Source: Lachnospiraceae bacterium (lineage in GTDB: Bacteria; Bacillota; Clostridia; Lachnospirales; Lachnospiraceae). From it: a stretch of 64,000 bases of DNA. A model generated the notes under the pieces. It did no database searches and was not told the DNA's origin. It was given only the letters and a program-made list of their open reading frames with translations. Shown here in pieces: positions 8,686 through 19,285 of this stretch (position 1 is its first letter; each line of letters opens with the position of its first letter). The translations under genes were made by a program, and so were the position numbers. The stretch lies in contig JAFXEW010000035.1 in NCBI GenBank assembly GCA_017513625.1, positions 544 through 64,543 on the forward strand, in the 5' to 3' direction.

Positions 8686-10779
8686 TTAATCCTCTACATT
8701 GTTCTCTGCAACCTTAGCTGCTCTTGCCGCAACTTCCTTCTCCTGTACATCGGAAGGAGTCTGTTCATATCTTGCAAATTCATAGGAATAATCACCGCGT
8801 CCACCGGTCATGGAACGAAGATCTGTACAATATCCGAAAAGTCCGCTCATGGGAATGTCGGCTTCGATGACCTGTTTGCCGCCGGCAATAGGGTTCATAC
8901 CAAGTACACGGCCTCTTCTCTTATTCAGGTCACCCATAATATCTCCGGTATAGGAATCGGGCACGGTAACCTTTAAGGACATAATAGGCTCAAGCAATAC
9001 AGGATGTGCTTCCATGAAGCCCTTCTTAAATGCCTGTACGGCAGCAGTCTTAAATGCCATTTCAGAGGAGTCTACCGCATGATAGGAACCATCATACAAT
9101 ACGGCCTTTACACCTACAACCGGATATGCCGCCAAAGGACCCTTAACAACAGAATCCTGAATACCCTTTTCTACTGCAGGGAAGAAGTTCTTGGGCACTG
9201 CACCGCCGACAACTTCCTGTTCAAATTCATAAGTCGCTTCAGGATCTGATGCAGGTGAGAAACGCATCTTTACATGACCATACTGTCCATGTCCGCCGGA
9301 CTGTTTTTTGTACTTGTATTCCACATCGGATGTCTTTTTAATGGTTTCCTTGTATGCAATCTTAGGCTGCGTCAGTTCTACCTCTACCTTGTATTCATTA
9401 AGCAGACGGCTCACAATAATATCCAGATGCTGGTCACCCATTCCGTAGAGCAACAACTGTCTGTTATCAGAATCATTTACCACGCGGATGGTCTGGTCTT
9501 CATGAGTAATCTTCTGAAGTGCCTGGGATATCTTATCTACGTCAGCCTTATTCTTAGGCTTATATCTCATATAAGTATAAGGTGTGGAAATCTCAAATTT
9601 ACCGAACTTGATGGTAGTAGCCTTCGTGGATAAACTGTTACCGGTTCTTGCTGCGGTCAGCTTGGCAAGCGCACCGATATCACCTGCATGAAGCTCGGGT
9701 ACTTCAATGGGCTTATTACCCTGAAGTACATACAATTTACCGATTTTCTCTTCAATATCACGGTCTACGTTATAAATCATATCATCAGTCTTAAGTACAC
9801 CGGAATTTACCTTAATCAGGGAGTATTTACCAATGAAAGGATCCACGATAGTCTTCCAGATATATGCTGATTTAGCCTTTGAGAAGTCATAATCGCAGTT
9901 ATAAATCTCATTGTTTTTCATATTGATACCTGCAACGGTACGGTTCTCGGGACTGGGCAGATATTTAATAATATCATCCATCAGAGTATAAATACCCTGG
10001 CACAAAGTATTGGAACCCATAGTCATGGGAACGATACTTCCGTCACATACACTGATGCGAAGGGCAGCACGGATTTCAGCCTCTGAGAATGTCTCTCCGC
10101 CGAAATACCGCTCCATCATCTCTTCACTGGTCTCAGCTACAGATTCCATCAGAGTATCACGGCAAATCTGCAGATTCGCCTTATTGTATTCAGGCACATC
10201 ACAAGGTACAACCTCTTTACCCTGCCATCTGTTACCGGTTTCGGTAATAACATTTATGTAGCCGACAAACTTTTCATCTTCACGGATGGGTAAATGGAAG
10301 GGAGCCATCTTCTTACCATAAAGCTCTGTCATATCCTCAACAACCTGACGGAAAGAAGCATTATCCACGTCCATATTGGTTACATATATGATACGGGGCA
10401 GTTTATATTTTTCGCAAAGTTCCCAAGCCTTGATGGTTCCTACTTCGATACCTGCCTTTCCGTTAACAACGATAATTGCCGCTCCTGCAGCACTTACAGC
10501 CTCTTCTACTTCACCCACAAAATCAAAATAACCGGGAGTATCAATAATATTAATCTTATAACCTTCCCATTCAATAGGAACTACAGATGCATTAATGGAA
10601 AACTGTCTCTTCTGCTCTTCCTTGCTATAATCGCTGATTGTATTTCCATCTGTTACCTTACCCATACGGGAAGTAATACCGGATAAATAACCCATAGCTT
10701 CTGCCAGACTGGTCTTGCCGCTGCCACCATGGCCCAGTAAAACTACGTTTCTAATCTTGTCTGTTGTGTACACCTTCAT
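8686..10779 (-). CDS. fusA2: Elongation factor G paralogue (EF-G2 type)
   Basis: GHGGSGKT, DTPGY, KKQSGGHGQYG, DGSYH.VDSSEMAF, LRSMTGGRG; stand-alone, not in the str operon. Confidence 0.9.
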   Translation of the reverse strand: MKVYTTDKIRNVVLLGHGGSGKTSLAEAMGYLSGITSRMGKVTDGNTISDYSKEEQKRQFSINASVVPIEWEGYKINIIDTPGYFDFVGEVEEAVSAAGAAIIVVNGKAGIEVGTIKAWELCEKYKLPRIIYVTNMDVDNASFRQVVEDMTELYGKKMAPFHLPIREDEKFVGYINVITETGNRWQGKEVVPCDVPEYNKANLQICRDTLMESVAETSEEMMERYFGGETFSEAEIRAALRISVCDGSIVPMTMGSNTLCQGIYTLMDDIIKYLPSPENRTVAGINMKNNEIYNCDYDFSKAKSAYIWKTIVDPFIGKYSLIKVNSGVLKTDDMIYNVDRDIEEKIGKLYVLQGNKPIEVPELHAGDIGALAKLTAARTGNSLSTKATTIKFGKFEISTPYTYMRYKPKNKADVDKISQALQKITHEDQTIRVVNDSDNRQLLLYGMGDQHLDIIVSRLLNEYKVEVELTQPKIAYKETIKKTSDVEYKYKKQSGGHGQYGHVKMRFSPASDPEATYEFEQEVVGGAVPKNFFPAVEKGIQDSVVKGPLAAYPVVGVKAVLYDGSYHAVDSSEMAFKTAAVQAFKKGFMEAHPVLLEPIMSLKVTVPDSYTGDIMGDLNKRRGRVLGMNPIAGGKQVIEADIPMSGLFGYCTDLRSMTGGRGDYSYEFARYEQTPSDVQEKEVAARAAKVAENNVED

Positions 10780-10854
10780 AAGTCTGTCCTCCGATTTTTA
10801 GCAATTTGGGCATCCAATCAATGATTAATTAGATATTAGGAATCCCATGCATCT

Positions 10855-10883
10855 ATTTTACTAAATATTCACTCCTTTTACAA
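10855..10883 (-). promoter_or_regulatory. sigmaA promoter of fusA2
   Basis: TTGTAA-N17-TAAAAT. Confidence 0.5.
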
Positions 10884-11062
10884 GTAATTGTTTGCATTTT
10901 GTTGCATTAATTTTATAATTAGTCATGAAAATTGTATACAATTACAAGTATCATCTGTATATATCGCTTCTGACTCATTGTTTACTACAATAATTTGTAG
11001 TAATCTTTGCGCCATCTAATCCCAAAACCAAAAAAAGAAATGAACCCGGGGATTCACTTCTT

Positions 11063-11575
11063 TTAATCATCTTCTTTAGTTATTATTCTGCTACGTTCAA
11101 GATTTCTGCATATCAGGTACAATACACACAATCCGAAGATACCGCCACAGGTATCTATAAATACATCCTTAAAACTGCAATAACGGCCAGGCACAAAACT
11201 TTGATGCCATTCATCCAGCGCTGCAGAAATAAAAATCAACAGTATAATTCCATGCCACTGCCACTTTTGACGCTCCGGCTTTAACCATAGAATACACAAA
11301 CAACCTATGGCTGTCGCAAGCAATGCATATTCAGTGAAATGGGCCAGTTTGCGGATGGGATGCTCCATATTTTCAGCGATTTCCTGTTTTAAAGTATCTG
11401 ACCAGCTGCCCTTATCCAGCTTATCAAATATTTCAACGCACTGTCTGGAAATCTTTTTACTTAATCCACCGGAGGTTTCACCATCCTGTCCGGAAAAAAT
11501 AAATATCAGAACATAGAGAAATACTATCACTGCTATAAGCAGCAGTGACAGTATCCATTTTTTTACACGCATCAT
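11063..11575 (-). CDS. VanZ family membrane protein
   Basis: IFIFSGQ, RKLAHFTEYA, DEWHQSFVPGR, D..IDTCG. Confidence 0.85.
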   Translation of the reverse strand: MMRVKKWILSLLLIAVIVFLYVLIFIFSGQDGETSGGLSKKISRQCVEIFDKLDKGSWSDTLKQEIAENMEHPIRKLAHFTEYALLATAIGCLCILWLKPERQKWQWHGIILLIFISAALDEWHQSFVPGRYCSFKDVFIDTCGGIFGLCVLYLICRNLERSRIITKEDD

Positions 11576-11577
11576 AT

Positions 11578-11913
11578 TTAATTCTCGTCGTTTTGAATCG
11601 CCTGATATACTTCGATTCTCTGGGAATCATTCTGGGGCATACCGATAAATGTGGCACCGTATGCATAACCGTCTCTTAACAATTCGATTCTGACAATCTT
11701 AAGAAATACATGAATGGTCTCCTGGGTCCAGATGGTAATATCCGCATCATATACGGTTCCGATACCAAGCAGATTAGTACACTCAAATCCGATTCCGGTC
11801 TTAGATAAGTCCTTTACATCCACCTGCAATTCCTTGGGATTTCTGCCATCCATACTGCTGATTACTGCACTGATATTCAGCTCTGTTCTGATACTGCGTC
11901 TTCTTTCTTCCAT
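11578..11913 (-). CDS. Stand-alone PilZ-domain (c-di-GMP-binding) protein
   Basis: RxxxR (ERRRSIR) and DxSxxG (DLSKTG). Confidence 0.85.
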   Translation of the reverse strand: MEERRRSIRTELNISAVISSMDGRNPKELQVDVKDLSKTGIGFECTNLLGIGTVYDADITIWTQETIHVFLKIVRIELLRDGYAYGATFIGMPQNDSQRIEVYQAIQNDEN

Positions 11914-11958
11914 AATTATCTCCTTTTCCTAACGTGCATAGACATCCGTTTCTAATAT

Positions 11959-13008
11959 TTATTTATGAAAATCTGCTATAAACATAGCATCTCCGAAACT
12001 GAAAAACCTGTAGCGCTCCGCTACCGCTGTTTCATACGCAGCAAGCACCTTCTCGCGTCCTGCCAAAGCAGAAACCAACATCACCAATGTAGACTCCGGT
12101 AAATGGAAATTGGTTATCAAACAGTCAAGCACTTTAAAACGGTATCCCGGATAAATAAATATTTCAGTATTATCACAACCGGGAATAACTTTTCCCTGTT
12201 CATCCGCCGCACTTTCAACAGTTCTGCAGCTGGTAGTGCCCACGCATATGATTCTGCCGCCCTTTTTCTTCGTAGTGTTTATAAGCAAAGCAGCTTCTTC
12301 ACTAATTTGATAATACTCCGAATGCATATGATGTTCAAGCACATTTTCTTCTTTTACAGGTCTAAAAGTCCCCAAACCCACGTGAAGAGTAACGTATGCA
12401 ATGCTTACACCCATATCCCGAATCTGCTTTAAGAGATCATTGGTAAAATGTAAACCTGCGGTGGGAGCCGCTGCCGAACCTTCATATTTGGCATAAACGG
12501 TCTGATAACGAGTCTTATCCTGCAATTTATGGGTAATATACGGAGGCAGGGGCATTTCACCCAATGCATCCAATACCTCTTCAAAAATACCGTCATATTC
12601 AAAATGAATGAGACGGTTACCTTCTTCCACAGTTTCCAGCACTTCTGCCTTTAACAAACCGCCACCAAATACCAGCCGGGTACCGGGCCTGCATTTCTTA
12701 CCGGGTCTTACAAGAGTTTCCCACACATCCCCTTCCCGTCTTTTTAACAAAAGCACTTCTACATGGGCTCCGGTGCCTTCACGTTCTCCAAGCAGCCTGG
12801 CAGGAATTACTTTAGTATTATTCAGCACCAGGCAATCACCGGGGTTTAAATAATCTACAATATTACGGAATATTTTGTGCTGCACTTCACCCGTATTTTT
12901 ATCCAGGCATAGGAGTCTGGATGCACTTCTATCTTCCAATGGATCCTGTGCAATCAGCTCCTGGGGCAAATCAAAATAAAAATCCGATTTCTTCAGTATA
13001 TCAGTCAT
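11959..13008 (-). CDS. queA: SAM:tRNA ribosyltransferase-isomerase
   Basis: [47 protein letters not shown]. Confidence 0.95.
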   Translation of the reverse strand: MTDILKKSDFYFDLPQELIAQDPLEDRSASRLLCLDKNTGEVQHKIFRNIVDYLNPGDCLVLNNTKVIPARLLGEREGTGAHVEVLLLKRREGDVWETLVRPGKKCRPGTRLVFGGGLLKAEVLETVEEGNRLIHFEYDGIFEEVLDALGEMPLPPYITHKLQDKTRYQTVYAKYEGSAAAPTAGLHFTNDLLKQIRDMGVSIAYVTLHVGLGTFRPVKEENVLEHHMHSEYYQISEEAALLINTTKKKGGRIICVGTTSCRTVESAADEQGKVIPGCDNTEIFIYPGYRFKVLDCLITNFHLPESTLVMLVSALAGREKVLAAYETAVAERYRFFSFGDAMFIADFHK

Positions 13009-14423
13009 TATAGGGATGCCTCCTCCATAAATGCCATATAGCCGCGATATACTTCATAGACATCAGCCTTACTTGTAGCCTCCCAGGGTGCATGCATATT
13101 CAATACAGCCACACCGCTGTCAATGACATTCATTCCGTAAAGAGCAAGAATATAAGCAATGGTGCCGCCACCGCCCAAATCAACCTTCCCAAGCTCTGCA
13201 GTCTGGAAATTAATCTTCTTTTTATCAAAAATCTGTCTGATATGAGCCAGATATTCTGCATTGGCATCATTGGAACCGGACTTACCTCTGGAACCGGTGA
13301 ATTTATTCAGCACCATACCGCAACCTAAATAAGCAACGTTCTTTCTGTCGAAGCTTCCTGCATAGGAAGGGTCATATGCACTGCTCACATCAGAAGAGAG
13401 CATGCAACTGCGTGAAAGTGCACGTCTTAAATTCAGTTCAGTATATTCTCCGCAGAGGTTCATCACTTCAGCCACCGTATTTTCAAAGAAACGGGATTGC
13501 ATACCGGTAGCGCCCACACTACCGATTTCTTCCTTATCTACCAGAATACAGCAAGCTGTACGCTTAATCTCTCCGATATCAAGCATAGCACGCAGAGAGG
13601 TAAATGCACACACTCTGTCATCCTGTCCGTATGCAAGAATCATACTTCTGTCAAAACCTGCCTCACGTGCACATCCTGCAGGAACGATTTCCAATTCTGC
13701 AGATATAAAATCCTCTTCTTCTATTTCATACTGCTCTTTTAAGATATCCAGAACACCTGATTTTACCGCATCCTTTGCTTTACTATCTTTATCACCGTCC
13801 TTATCCGGCTTAAAAATAAGGGGCTTATTACCAACAATCAGGTCTAACGCTTCGCCCTCGATAACCTTTACAGCCTTCTTTTCCAGCTGCTCCTGCGCCA
13901 GATGAATCAAAAGATCTGAAATAAAGAATACGGGATCATCTGCATTTTCTCCGATATTAATCTCCACTGTCGTACCATCCTTGCGCACTACCACGCCATG
14001 GATTGCAAGAGGAATGGTTACCCACTGATATTTTTTCACACCACCATAATAATGGGTATCAAAATAAGCAAAGCCATTGTCTTCATACAAGGGATTCTGC
14101 TTTACATCCAGTCTGGGGCTGTCAATATGGGCACCCAGAATATTCATACCCTCAGAGATGGGCTCTTCGCCGATTTGGAACATAACGATAGATTTATTCA
14201 TCCATACACTGTATACCTTGTCTCCCTGCTTTAATGCTATTCCTTTTTCGATACACTCCTGTAACTGTCTGTATCCTTCTTTCTCTATGGTATTTACAAT
14301 GGTATCATTACATTCTCTTTCTGTTTTACCATTATCCAGAAACTGACGATACTCCTTAGCCAGTTTATCACAACTCTTTATCTGCTTCGCGCTATAGGTC
14401 TCCCATGTATTCTTCTTTTCCAT
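13008..14423 (-). CDS. M18 family aminopeptidase
   Basis: [43 protein letters not shown] overlap with queA. Confidence 0.9.
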   Translation of the reverse strand: MEKKNTWETYSAKQIKSCDKLAKEYRQFLDNGKTERECNDTIVNTIEKEGYRQLQECIEKGIALKQGDKVYSVWMNKSIVMFQIGEEPISEGMNILGAHIDSPRLDVKQNPLYEDNGFAYFDTHYYGGVKKYQWVTIPLAIHGVVVRKDGTTVEINIGENADDPVFFISDLLIHLAQEQLEKKAVKVIEGEALDLIVGNKPLIFKPDKDGDKDSKAKDAVKSGVLDILKEQYEIEEEDFISAELEIVPAGCAREAGFDRSMILAYGQDDRVCAFTSLRAMLDIGEIKRTACCILVDKEEIGSVGATGMQSRFFENTVAEVMNLCGEYTELNLRRALSRSCMLSSDVSSAYDPSYAGSFDRKNVAYLGCGMVLNKFTGSRGKSGSNDANAEYLAHIRQIFDKKKINFQTAELGKVDLGGGGTIAYILALYGMNVIDSGVAVLNMHAPWEATSKADVYEVYRGYMAFMEEASL

Positions 14424-14465
14424 ACAGGTTCCTTCCTTTCCACGTTCTGTTTTCTATAATTTCAC

Positions 14466-14494
14466 ATTATACCAAAGGTATACATTCACTGCAA
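14466..14494 (-). promoter_or_regulatory. sigmaA promoter of the aminopeptidase-queA operon
   Basis: TTGCAG-N17-TATAAT. Confidence 0.6.
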
Positions 14495-14535
14495 GAAAAA
14501 CCCGTAAAATCAAGGTTTGTTTAAGATTTATTCCC

Positions 14536-14614
14536 AAAAACGGCAGGACATTATGTCCACAATGTCATTAAGCCAGGGACCGCCTGCTTAACAACATTAC
14601 ATAATGTCCTGCCG
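14536..14614 (-). terminator. Long hairpin/terminator after pheT
   Basis: Perfect 16-bp arms CGGCAGGACATTATGT (14541-14556 / 14599-14614), a further inner stem, and a T-run on the minus strand. Confidence 0.7.
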
Positions 14615-14632
14615 AATAAATTAAACCCTATA

Positions 14633-17053
14633 TTAGCTTCTTATTTCTGCACCCAGATTCTTATTTAACTGTTTCAAAATCTTTTTCACAAAAGCATCCA
14701 CGGAATCAGCAGCAAATGCTTCTTCGCCGGGAGTGAATACCAGGGAGAATGCCATACTTTTCTTATCGGAAGCAATCTGTTCACCCTCATAAACATCAAA
14801 TAAAGTAATCTTGGTAATATACTTACATGCTGCCTGCATAACAGCTTCGATTTCGCCACAGGTAACCTCTTTAGCTACAACCAGTGCCAAATCTCTCTGT
14901 TCTTCAGGGAACTTAGGAAGCGGCTTAAATACAGGCTTATTACCATACCATTTGGAAACAGTCTTTAAATCAATCTCCATGATATATGCCTGGGTACGCA
15001 TATCCAGCTCGTCCGCAATATCATAAGCCAGCTTGCCGAAATAACCGATTTCTTCACCATCGCAAAGGATCTTTGCAGTCTGATAAGGATGAGTATATGA
15101 AGTAGCAGTATTTTCATAAGTAAACTTCACATGCAAGGTATCAGCAACCTTTTCTACAATACCCTTCATAGTATAGAAAGATTCCTTATCACCGAAAACG
15201 CCCACGCAAAGTCTTGCTTTCTCATTAGGATAGCGGGTAAGGGGCAGTTCGTAAGGGATAAATACATTACCGATTTCAAAGAGTCTTCCCTCCAGATTAC
15301 CTCTCTTCTGATTACGGGCAATGGCATTTATCATGGATGCAGCCAATGTGGTACGCATCAGGGACAGTTCTTCTGTAATGGGATTCATCAGTCTGATTGC
15401 ATTACGCTCCATAGCATCCTCAGGAAGCTTTAACATATCTAAATCGGAAGGTGAGAAGAAGGAATAATGGATACATTCATATGCACCCACTGCACAAAGT
15501 GCCTTCTTTAATCTCAACTCCTGCTTCTGCATAAGATTCAGACCACCTACCGTAATCTGTGCGGAAGGCATAAATGCAGGCACTACATGTTCATAACCAT
15601 ATAAACGTATTACTTCTTCTGCAATGTCCTGATAGGTCTCAATATCCTCACGATATGCCGGCACCTGTACGGTCAGGTTGTCGCCATCAATAGCAGGCGC
15701 AAAGGTCAGATGATTCATGATTTTTAAAATCTCCTCATCAGGCACCTGAATACCAAGGCATTTATTTACTCTGTCAATGCTGACGGTCAATGCTCTGGGC
15801 TCTACACTGTTTCCGGTATTTATATCCGCATGGGTAGCTCCTACTTTACCGCAACCCAGCTCTTCAATGAGATGAAGGGCACGCTTAAGTGCCATAACGG
15901 TAGCGTATTCATCCACACCCTTTTCATAACGTGCACTGGAATCGGAACGCTTACCCAATGCCCTGGACGTTCTTCTGATATTATCACGGGCAAACTTTGC
16001 AGATTCGAAAAGTACACTACTCGTAGTTTCACGGATTTCAGAATTCAAACCTCCCATAACACCTGCAAGTGCCACCGGCTTCACACCGTCACAGATTACC
16101 ATGTTGGCATCCGTAAGAGTCAGTTCCTGGCCATCCAGGGTGGTAATAGGCTCACCATTTTTTGCACGTCTTACGTTGATAGCATTTCCTTCCAAGGTGG
16201 ACAAATCAAATGCATGCATGGGCTGTCCCAACTCTTTTAAAACATAATTGGTAATATCCACTACATTGGAAATTGCCTCAATGCCAACAAGCGCAAGTCT
16301 ACGCTTCATCCATGCGGGAGATTCACCGATTTTAACATCTGTTACATAATGTGCGCTGTATCTGGGGCATAAATCAGGACAATCTACTGTTACGGTAAAA
16401 CCATCCAGGGTAGCACCGGACTCGGTATAATCCAACGCAGGCACTTTAATCTCTTTTTCCAAAACCGCAGCCACTTCTCTGGCAATACCATAAATACTCT
16501 GGCAGTCAGGACGGTTTGCAGTAATGGCAATATCAAAAATCCAGTCATCAAGACCCAGTATGGGCTTTACATCTGCTCCCACAGGGGCATCCTCAGGTAA
16601 TACCAAAAGTCCATTATAGCCTGCGCCGGGATACATATTTTCACTGACACCCAATTCTACACCGGAGCAAAGCATACCAAATGACTCATAGCCTCTGAGC
16701 TTACCTTTTCCGATAGTCATAACACCTTCAACGGTCTTGTGGTCCTTGGCAGTAGCATACACGGTAGCACCAACCAGCGCCGTAGGAAATTTACCTCCTG
16801 CCGCCACATTGTCTGCACCGCAACAAATTTGGAACTGACCATGCTCGCCGCAGTCCACCTGACATACATGCAGATGAGTATCCGGAATAGCTTCGCAGGT
16901 AAGCACCTTACCTACTACTACCTTACTGATGTCCTTGCCCAGTTCATATAATTCTTCTACCTCAAAACCGCAGGAAAATAATTTATCCTGTAATTCTTGA
17001 GGTGTAACATCTATATCAACATACTCTTTTAACCAACTAAGGGGTGTAATCAT
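14633..17053 (-). CDS. pheT: Phenylalanine--tRNA ligase beta subunit
   Basis: GMLCS, ITANRPDC, NVVDITNY..ELGQPMHAFD, C-terminal ferredoxin-fold anticodon-binding domain. Confidence 0.95.
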   Translation of the reverse strand: MITPLSWLKEYVDIDVTPQELQDKLFSCGFEVEELYELGKDISKVVVGKVLTCEAIPDTHLHVCQVDCGEHGQFQICCGADNVAAGGKFPTALVGATVYATAKDHKTVEGVMTIGKGKLRGYESFGMLCSGVELGVSENMYPGAGYNGLLVLPEDAPVGADVKPILGLDDWIFDIAITANRPDCQSIYGIAREVAAVLEKEIKVPALDYTESGATLDGFTVTVDCPDLCPRYSAHYVTDVKIGESPAWMKRRLALVGIEAISNVVDITNYVLKELGQPMHAFDLSTLEGNAINVRRAKNGEPITTLDGQELTLTDANMVICDGVKPVALAGVMGGLNSEIRETTSSVLFESAKFARDNIRRTSRALGKRSDSSARYEKGVDEYATVMALKRALHLIEELGCGKVGATHADINTGNSVEPRALTVSIDRVNKCLGIQVPDEEILKIMNHLTFAPAIDGDNLTVQVPAYREDIETYQDIAEEVIRLYGYEHVVPAFMPSAQITVGGLNLMQKQELRLKKALCAVGAYECIHYSFFSPSDLDMLKLPEDAMERNAIRLMNPITEELSLMRTTLAASMINAIARNQKRGNLEGRLFEIGNVFIPYELPLTRYPNEKARLCVGVFGDKESFYTMKGIVEKVADTLHVKFTYENTATSYTHPYQTAKILCDGEEIGYFGKLAYDIADELDMRTQAYIMEIDLKTVSKWYGNKPVFKPLPKFPEEQRDLALVVAKEVTCGEIEAVMQAACKYITKITLFDVYEGEQIASDKKSMAFSLVFTPGEEAFAADSVDAFVKKILKQLNKNLGAEIRS

Positions 17054-17084
17054 ATTAATTTACCTTACCTTTCTCTGCGTTTAA

Positions 17085-18116
17085 TTAATCATTTAACTGC
17101 TGCAATACGCCCAAATCAGATTCAAACAACAGCTTAATATTATTGATACCGTACTTTAACATGGCAGTTCTCTCAATACCGATACCGAAAGCAAATCCGC
17201 TGTAAACATTGGAATCAATACCGCAGTTTTCAAGCACCTTATTATTTACCACACCTGCACCCAGAATCTCGATCCAGCCGGTACCTTTACAAAGCTTACA
17301 TCCGGTACCTCCACACTCAAAACAGCTACAGTCTACTTCTACAGAAGGCTCTGTGAACGGGAAATAAGAAGGACGGAGTCTGGTCTTTGTGTCTTCGCCG
17401 TAAATCTTCTTTACAAACTCATCCAGCATACCCTGTAAATCGCAAAGAGTAATGCCCTTATCCACTACCAGACCTTCCATCTGGGTAAACATGGGTGAAT
17501 GGGTGGCATCATCATCTGAACGGAACACCTTACCCGGAGACAAAATCTTAATGGGAGGTTGCTGCTTCTCCATAACATGAATCTGTCCTGCAGAGGTCTG
17601 TGTTCTTAAAAGGAACTCAGGAGACAGATAAAAAGTATCCTGCATATCTCTGGCAGGATGATCCTGAGGAGTATTCAGTGCAGTAAAATTGTAATAGTCC
17701 GTCTCAATTTCCGTTCCTTCGAAAATCTCGAAACCCATACCTGCAAAGATATCTATCAGATGGTTACGGATTAATGTAATGGGATGAAGATTACCCTCTG
17801 TTGTAGTTTCTGCAGGAAGGGAAATATCAATCTTTTCAGACTCATATCTGTTTTGTAATTCCTTGGCCTTCATCTTGGTATCAAGCTCACCTAAGAAATC
17901 CAGCGCCCAGACCTTCAGTTCATTTACACCTTTACCGTAATCTGCCCTTTCCTCAGGCGGTATATTTTTCATCTCTTTCATTAACAGGCCGATTTTACCG
18001 GTTTTACCATCCAAAAATTTCTTTTTGAACTCATAAACTTCCCTGGAAGTATTTAACTCTTCCGCTCCAACGATTATTTCCTGCTTAATTTGTTCCAGAT
18101 TTGCATTCATATTCAT
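17085..18116 (-). CDS. pheS: Phenylalanine--tRNA ligase alpha subunit
   Basis: [35 protein letters not shown]. Confidence 0.95.
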   Translation of the reverse strand: MNMNANLEQIKQEIIVGAEELNTSREVYEFKKKFLDGKTGKIGLLMKEMKNIPPEERADYGKGVNELKVWALDFLGELDTKMKAKELQNRYESEKIDISLPAETTTEGNLHPITLIRNHLIDIFAGMGFEIFEGTEIETDYYNFTALNTPQDHPARDMQDTFYLSPEFLLRTQTSAGQIHVMEKQQPPIKILSPGKVFRSDDDATHSPMFTQMEGLVVDKGITLCDLQGMLDEFVKKIYGEDTKTRLRPSYFPFTEPSVEVDCSCFECGGTGCKLCKGTGWIEILGAGVVNNKVLENCGIDSNVYSGFAFGIGIERTAMLKYGINNIKLLFESDLGVLQQLND

Positions 18117-18205
18117 CTTCCTTTCTTTGTCGGTCCCTATTCGGTGCAGGACCTAAAGCAAATATTGCGTATCTGCCTGCCTTGTTTCACGGGAAATTCC
18201 CAAGA

Positions 18206-18455
18206 AATAAAAAATCCCTCGTAGTCAATGACTACAAGGGACGAAATTCTCCGCGGTACCACCCTGTTTCCTGATAAAACACCAGACACTCGAAACGCTT
18301 AACGTGCGTTGACCGGCTTGAAATACTGGTAATACGTTCCTCCAAGCAGCTCCGGTGGGAAATTCGAGTGGGTATCTGAACTTAAGGAAGCTTACAGCCG
18401 GTGGCTTCCTCTCTCTGTAAGAAAATACGCTCTACTGTGCACCATCATAGCTTTT
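18206..18455 (-). promoter_or_regulatory. T-box riboswitch, Phe specifier (UUC)
   Basis: AGAGAG/GGCTGTAA stem I motifs; TTC specifier at 18359-18361; AAACAGGGTGGTACCGCGG T-box; TCCCTTGTAGTCA/TGACTACGAGGGA terminator with U-run. TTGACA at 18492-18497. Confidence 0.9.
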
Positions 18456-18517
18456 ACACTTAAAAGTTATATTAAATATTTTTGTGTAAAATGTCAAGGA
18501 TAATTTGTAAATATCCT

Positions 18518-19258
18518 CTACAAGAGCTTAATCAGCCCTAAAATCAGCAGATGCAGAGGATAAAATCCATAATATGCAAACTGCAGCCACTTGCTGTGAT
18601 ATCCCTGTTTCCCGTCATATAACCAGATAGGAATCAGTGCCAACAGCGCAAATCCCTGGCGTGCAAAGAAGATCGTCTCTTCTCCGATTTGAAACTCATA
18701 ACCGTATCCACCCAGCAATTCAGTATTAATATAATTCAGACAAAGTAACTGCCCTGCATAGCACCACCACTTTCCGTGACGAAAGAAATAAAATACCAAC
18801 ACAGTCAACACACCGGCATGGTAGAAGTCCACCATGGTTACCAGACCTGCCATAAATCCAATCAATACCGATGTGACTCCTACAAGTATCCTAAGCCACA
18901 TTTTACCCTTCTGCTTCACCTTCTCATTCCAGTGAATGAGCCCAATAGAAATCAAAAAACTCCATAATACATTTTGATGGATGGGGTAAAACAGCCTGCT
19001 TCCCATAGCCAAATTAAAAGGGATTCCCGAAAGAACCGCAAATAATAACAATCTACCCACATACCGTTTTAGATTACTTGTATGAAAATATCCCTCCACA
19101 ATCATAAATGCATAAATAGGAAAAGCAATGCGTCCTATGCAGGTAAGCCAGTCATTTCCTGGCACAATGGTTCCCCAGAGATGGTCAAGCAACATACATA
19201 CCATAGCCAGTAAATGTAATGTAAAGGACGTAAACCCAAATTTTCTTTCTTTTTCCAT
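18518..19258 (-). other. TraX family membrane protein
   Basis: LAMVCMLLDH, IGRIAFPIYAF.IVEGY.HT, QNV, YDGKQG, Y.FYPLHLLIL. Confidence 0.85.
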
Positions 19259-19285
19259 AAATATCTCCTTCCCGGTGATATTGAC

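Noticed and set aside
18518-19258. traX as evidence of a conjugative element
   Set aside because: No relaxase, T4SS or integrase is present. TraX-family genes are often stand-alone.
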